The notes under the pieces: generated by a model
What the model saw: the letters and a program-made list of their open reading frames with translations, nothing else
What the model was told of the DNA's origin: nothing
The model's database searches: none
Made by a program: the position numbers and the translations under genes
Part shown: positions 60,864 to 64,000 of the stretch, piece by piece
How the letters are laid out: every line of letters starts with the position of its first letter
How positions within the stretch are numbered: position 1 is the first letter of the stretch
Source: Gammaproteobacteria bacterium RIFCSPHIGHO2_12_FULL_35_23
Lineage (GTDB): Bacteria > Pseudomonadota > Gammaproteobacteria > UBA12402
Direction: 5' to 3'
Assembly: GCA_001801465.1 (NCBI GenBank)
Contig: MGXT01000023.1
Location: 3,809 to 67,808, forward strand
DNA: 64,000 nt

Positions 60864-63479
60864 ATGATGAATACTTCTTGCTATCAACAATTATTTAAGA
60901 ATATTGATCCACTCAACTCACTAGTTCTTACCCCTAACAAACGTTTGGCTGCTCGTATTCATCAAGAGTATGCCCGTTATCAAAAACAAACGGTCTGGCA
61001 AACACCCGCTATTTTACCATTAGATACCTGGTTAGAAAATTGCTGGCAACTTTTAGTGACTCAAGGACAAACTAACGGTTATCTTTTATTAAATAACCAA
61101 CAAACCCAGCTCATCTGGCAACGGCTTATTAAAGAAGACTGTACAGAAAACTTACTTAACCTAAACGCCACCTGTCAACAAGTCAATAATGCCTGGCAAC
61201 TTTTACAACAATGGCAATTGGATCCTAGCGATCCCAGACTAGCACTAACATTAGATCATCGTTTATTTTTAAAATGGGTAGAAAACTATCAACAAATTTG
61301 TTTAGACAATAAATATCTTGATCAAGCAAGTTTAAGTCAATGGCTTAGTCAATCTTTCAATAACCTGACTCTTAACCCTCCTTCTCATATTGTCTTAGTC
61401 AGTTTTACTGAATTACGACCGGATATTGATTACTTAATGACTCAATTAAAAAACTTAGCTTGTAAGATTAATGAATGGCAACCTAAAATAATTAATCTTT
61501 CTAAAACAACTTTATCATTACCAGATAAGATGGAGGAAATTACGATTGTTGCTAAATGGGCAAAAACCATTCATCAGCAACATCCTCAAAGTCAGATAGC
61601 TTGTATCTTTCAAAATATAACCCAAGATCGTCAATTAATCGAGCAAGCCTTTTATGAAACCTTTGGCATCGATCAACAAATTAACAACGACTTGCCCTTT
61701 GCACTATCAAGTGGAACTCGGTTTGTCACCATACCCATTATTCATGCTGCTTTAAATTGTTTGCAGCTAAAAACTAAATTAATTGCTTTTGAAAAAATAA
61801 AACAATTTCTCTACTCTCCTTTTTTCATTGCCAAGGAAGAAGAGCTCTTTCAACAAGTTTTATTCGTTAGCATTTTGCAACAAACTGAACAGGCTACTTT
61901 TTATACTAACCAACTTTTTTTTCATTTGAAAAAATTTAATGCTGAACTCTGTATACACAATGCACTACAAGTATTTTTAAATGAGCCTATTCCTAACTTA
62001 CAGTTACCAAGCCAATGGGCAGAATATTTTTCAAAACTATTACAAATGGTAGGTTGGCCAGGACAACGCTCATTAACCAGCTCAGAATATCAAGCCTGCC
62101 AGCGCTGGCTACGGCTATTAAATGAGCTGGCTTTATTAGATACTGTTTCAGAACCACTCACTTACTCAGAGGCATTACAGCTATTAACTGAACTTGCTGT
62201 CGATACCATTTTCCAAGCAGAGTCTTCACAAAGTCATATCCAAATCTTGGGGTTACTAGAAGCAGTAGGCATGACTTTTGATTATATATGGGTCACAGGG
62301 CTTGACAGCAAATCTTGGCCGCCTCTTGCTAATCCTCATCCCTTGATTCCTATCGCGTTACAGCGCGAACTCAATATGCCGCATTGTTCTGCCGAACGAG
62401 AGTTAGTTTTTTGTCAACGCTTAACGGAACAGTTATTGACAACTTGCCAACATTTTATTGCTAGCTATGCAGAACAAGACAAAGAAATTATTTTACAAAA
62501 AAGTCCTTTACTAAAGGACTTACCACTTAGTCAGTTAGAATCTTTATTGCCAACTGAAATTAAATCAATTAAGCGGCCGTTAATAGAATATTTTATCGAT
62601 GAACAAGCTCCACAAGTTACTGCAGATGAAAAAATTAAAGGTGGGACAGGATTACTTAAACGTCAAGCAGCGTGTCCTTTCCGCGCGTTTGCAGAATATC
62701 GTTTATTAGCTAAACCTATAGAAAATTACGCATTAGGTATTGATGCCAAAACCAAAGGTAAATTAATTCATAAAGCTTTAGAACTATTATGGAAACAACT
62801 TAACTCACAAGCACGTTTACTTACCTTAACCGAAACTAAGCAAAATAACTTGCTGTATGCAGTGATTGAACAAACCTTTCAAAGCATTAATATACCTACT
62901 CAAAATTATGCTTTAATTTCCTTAGAAAAAACTCGTCTTCACAAACTACTTACAGAATGGCTGTCTTATGAAAGAAAAAGACCAGCATTTGAAGTAATAG
63001 CCACTGAAAAGTGGCAATCCGTTAAACTTAATGAATTAACTTTGAAAGTTCAAGTTGATCGAATTGATCAAACTCGGCAAGGCTCAATGATTCTTTTAGA
63101 TTATAAAACTGGTAAAACTTCTATTAACGATTGGTTTAGTCAACGACCCAATGAACCACAACTACCTTTATATACTTTAGTCTGCTCCGGACCTATTACA
63201 GCTATGGCTTTTGCCCAACTAAAAGCGGATGAAATTCGTTTTAAAGGAATCACGCTTACTACAGAAGGATTACCAGATTGTGACCTCCCTGAAAAAATTA
63301 AAGACTGTTTACCCAATTGGGAAAATCAATTACAACTTTGGCGACAAACACTTCTTCAGCTCGCTGATGATTTTATAGCAGGTAAAGCGTTAGTTGACCC
63401 TAAAAATCCACGAGAAACTTGTCAGCAATGCCATTTATCGAGTCTTTGCCGAGTTCACGAAACTATTAATATAGATTAG
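60864..63479 (+). CDS. PD-(D/E)XK nuclease family protein, AddB-like (inactivated-helicase N-region + RecB-type nuclease + C-terminal 4-Cys cluster)
   Basis: 871 aa. The C-terminal region has a RecB-nuclease-like core (ILLDYKTGK ... QLPLYTL) followed by CQQCHLSSLC, resembling the AddB Fe-S staple. No Walker A motif is visible. Confidence 0.65.
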   Translation: MMNTSCYQQLFKNIDPLNSLVLTPNKRLAARIHQEYARYQKQTVWQTPAILPLDTWLENCWQLLVTQGQTNGYLLLNNQQTQLIWQRLIKEDCTENLLNLNATCQQVNNAWQLLQQWQLDPSDPRLALTLDHRLFLKWVENYQQICLDNKYLDQASLSQWLSQSFNNLTLNPPSHIVLVSFTELRPDIDYLMTQLKNLACKINEWQPKIINLSKTTLSLPDKMEEITIVAKWAKTIHQQHPQSQIACIFQNITQDRQLIEQAFYETFGIDQQINNDLPFALSSGTRFVTIPIIHAALNCLQLKTKLIAFEKIKQFLYSPFFIAKEEELFQQVLFVSILQQTEQATFYTNQLFFHLKKFNAELCIHNALQVFLNEPIPNLQLPSQWAEYFSKLLQMVGWPGQRSLTSSEYQACQRWLRLLNELALLDTVSEPLTYSEALQLLTELAVDTIFQAESSQSHIQILGLLEAVGMTFDYIWVTGLDSKSWPPLANPHPLIPIALQRELNMPHCSAERELVFCQRLTEQLLTTCQHFIASYAEQDKEIILQKSPLLKDLPLSQLESLLPTEIKSIKRPLIEYFIDEQAPQVTADEKIKGGTGLLKRQAACPFRAFAEYRLLAKPIENYALGIDAKTKGKLIHKALELLWKQLNSQARLLTLTETKQNNLLYAVIEQTFQSINIPTQNYALISLEKTRLHKLLTEWLSYERKRPAFEVIATEKWQSVKLNELTLKVQVDRIDQTRQGSMILLDYKTGKTSINDWFSQRPNEPQLPLYTLVCSGPITAMAFAQLKADEIRFKGITLTTEGLPDCDLPEKIKDCLPNWENQLQLWRQTLLQLADDFIAGKALVDPKNPRETCQQCHLSSLCRVHETINID

Positions 63480-63673
63480 CTTGAAATCCGTAGAATCTAT
63501 TTACTAAAATTTAATTAATACTCTAAAGGTAAAAAGGATTACTTACTTTTACCAGCTTTCATCCTTATTTTACCTGGTGTTTATCATTGATTTAAAGCAT
63601 CAATGATTTCTTACAGGACATAATGGTAAGTATCCTGATGAATGAAATCTTATTGACTAGAAGAAAAATAATT

Positions 63674-63853
63674 TTACTTACTTCTTCTCTTCTGTGGTTG
63701 CGAACCACCCTTTTGATCCATCTTGCTAAGCACTTGTGGTTCATTTTGCTTACGTGTTACTGCCTCTTTGGAAGCGTCTGAAGGCTTCTTACTTGATAGC
63801 TTTTGGTTTCGTGCTTGCGCTCCTTTTTGTCCTATTTCTTGTCTGCTAGTCAT
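63674..63853 (-). CDS. small basic stress-protein-like ORF (KGG-repeat / YciG-like)
   Basis: 59 aa MTSRQEIGQKGAQARNQKLSSKKPSDASKEAVTRKQNEPQVLSKMDQKGGSQPQKRRSK. Low complexity with QKG/KGG motifs like general stress protein B. Below the track length cut-off. Confidence 0.4.
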   Translation of the reverse strand: MTSRQEIGQKGAQARNQKLSSKKPSDASKEAVTRKQNEPQVLSKMDQKGGSQPQKRRSK

Positions 63854-63880
63854 AGTTAGTCTCCTTGTATTTAATTAAAA

Positions 63881-64000
63881 TAACACTATTTTATTCTTTG
63901 TCATCTGCTTTGCTACCCTGAGAGCGAGAGCTATCCTTTTGCCCCGTTTTATTAATAGCTTGTGGGGCATGCTCTTTTATAATTGCTGCTGCTTCTTTGG
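63881..64000 (-). CDS. C-terminal end of a second small KGG-like stress protein, truncated by the window edge
   Basis: The minus-strand frame reads ...KEAAAIIKEHAPQAINKTGQKDSSRSQGSKADDKE*, similar in composition to the neighbouring ORF. Confidence 0.3.

Noticed and set aside
1-64000. Searched for tRNA/rRNA genes, CRISPR arrays, IS elements/integrases and prophage signatures
   Set aside because: None found. There are no GTTCGAATC-type T-loops in intergenic GC islands, no regularly spaced direct repeats, and no transposase/integrase-like ORFs. The window looks like native chromosome rather than a mobile island.

Overview
AT-rich (coding GC roughly 35-38%) gammaproteobacterial chromosomal segment. 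Gene content and order suggest a Legionellales-like, Legionella/Coxiella-type organism, but this is a guess from composition and genes; no search was run. The window is gene-dense (about 55 genes, both strands) and mixes core housekeeping genes (htpG, fumC, pepN, dnaQ, rnhA, gloB, mltD, def, rlmI, a DEAD-box helicase, an RRM RNA-binding protein) with accessory genes. The accessory set includes several transporters (P-type ATPase, MgtC, DMT, MFS x3, SDF symporter, AEC), plant-type O-methyltransferase, fatty-acid desaturase, FAD monooxygenase, three GNAT acetyltransferases and two decayed SDR genes. No tRNA, rRNA, CRISPR array, transposase or integrase was seen. Items flagged for a second look: (1) a tightly coupled phosphoribosyltransferase / erythromycin-esterase-family / dienelactone-hydrolase three-gene module of unknown function; (2) a succinate-semialdehyde-dehydrogenase-like ALDH translationally coupled to an acetolactate-synthase-like TPP enzyme, an arrangement reminiscent of the cyanobacterial 2-oxoglutarate decarboxylase/SSADH TCA shunt, followed by a canonical four-Cys FNR regulator; (3) a 1166-aa single-chain Fe-S flavoprotein that looks like a fused NfnB/GltD-like plus NfnA/PyrK-like oxidoreductase with a novel N-terminal domain; (4) an outer-membrane protein built from two tandem MOMP-like beta-barrel halves; (5) a stand-alone AddB-like PD-(D/E)XK nuclease with a C-terminal Cys cluster and no helicase partner in the window; (6) two SDR genes caught in decay (one with internal deletion plus frameshift, one with a single in-frame TAG); (7) a textbook sigma-32 heat-shock promoter in front of htpG; (8) a block of hypothetical proteins with no recognisable domains that could be host-directed effectors.
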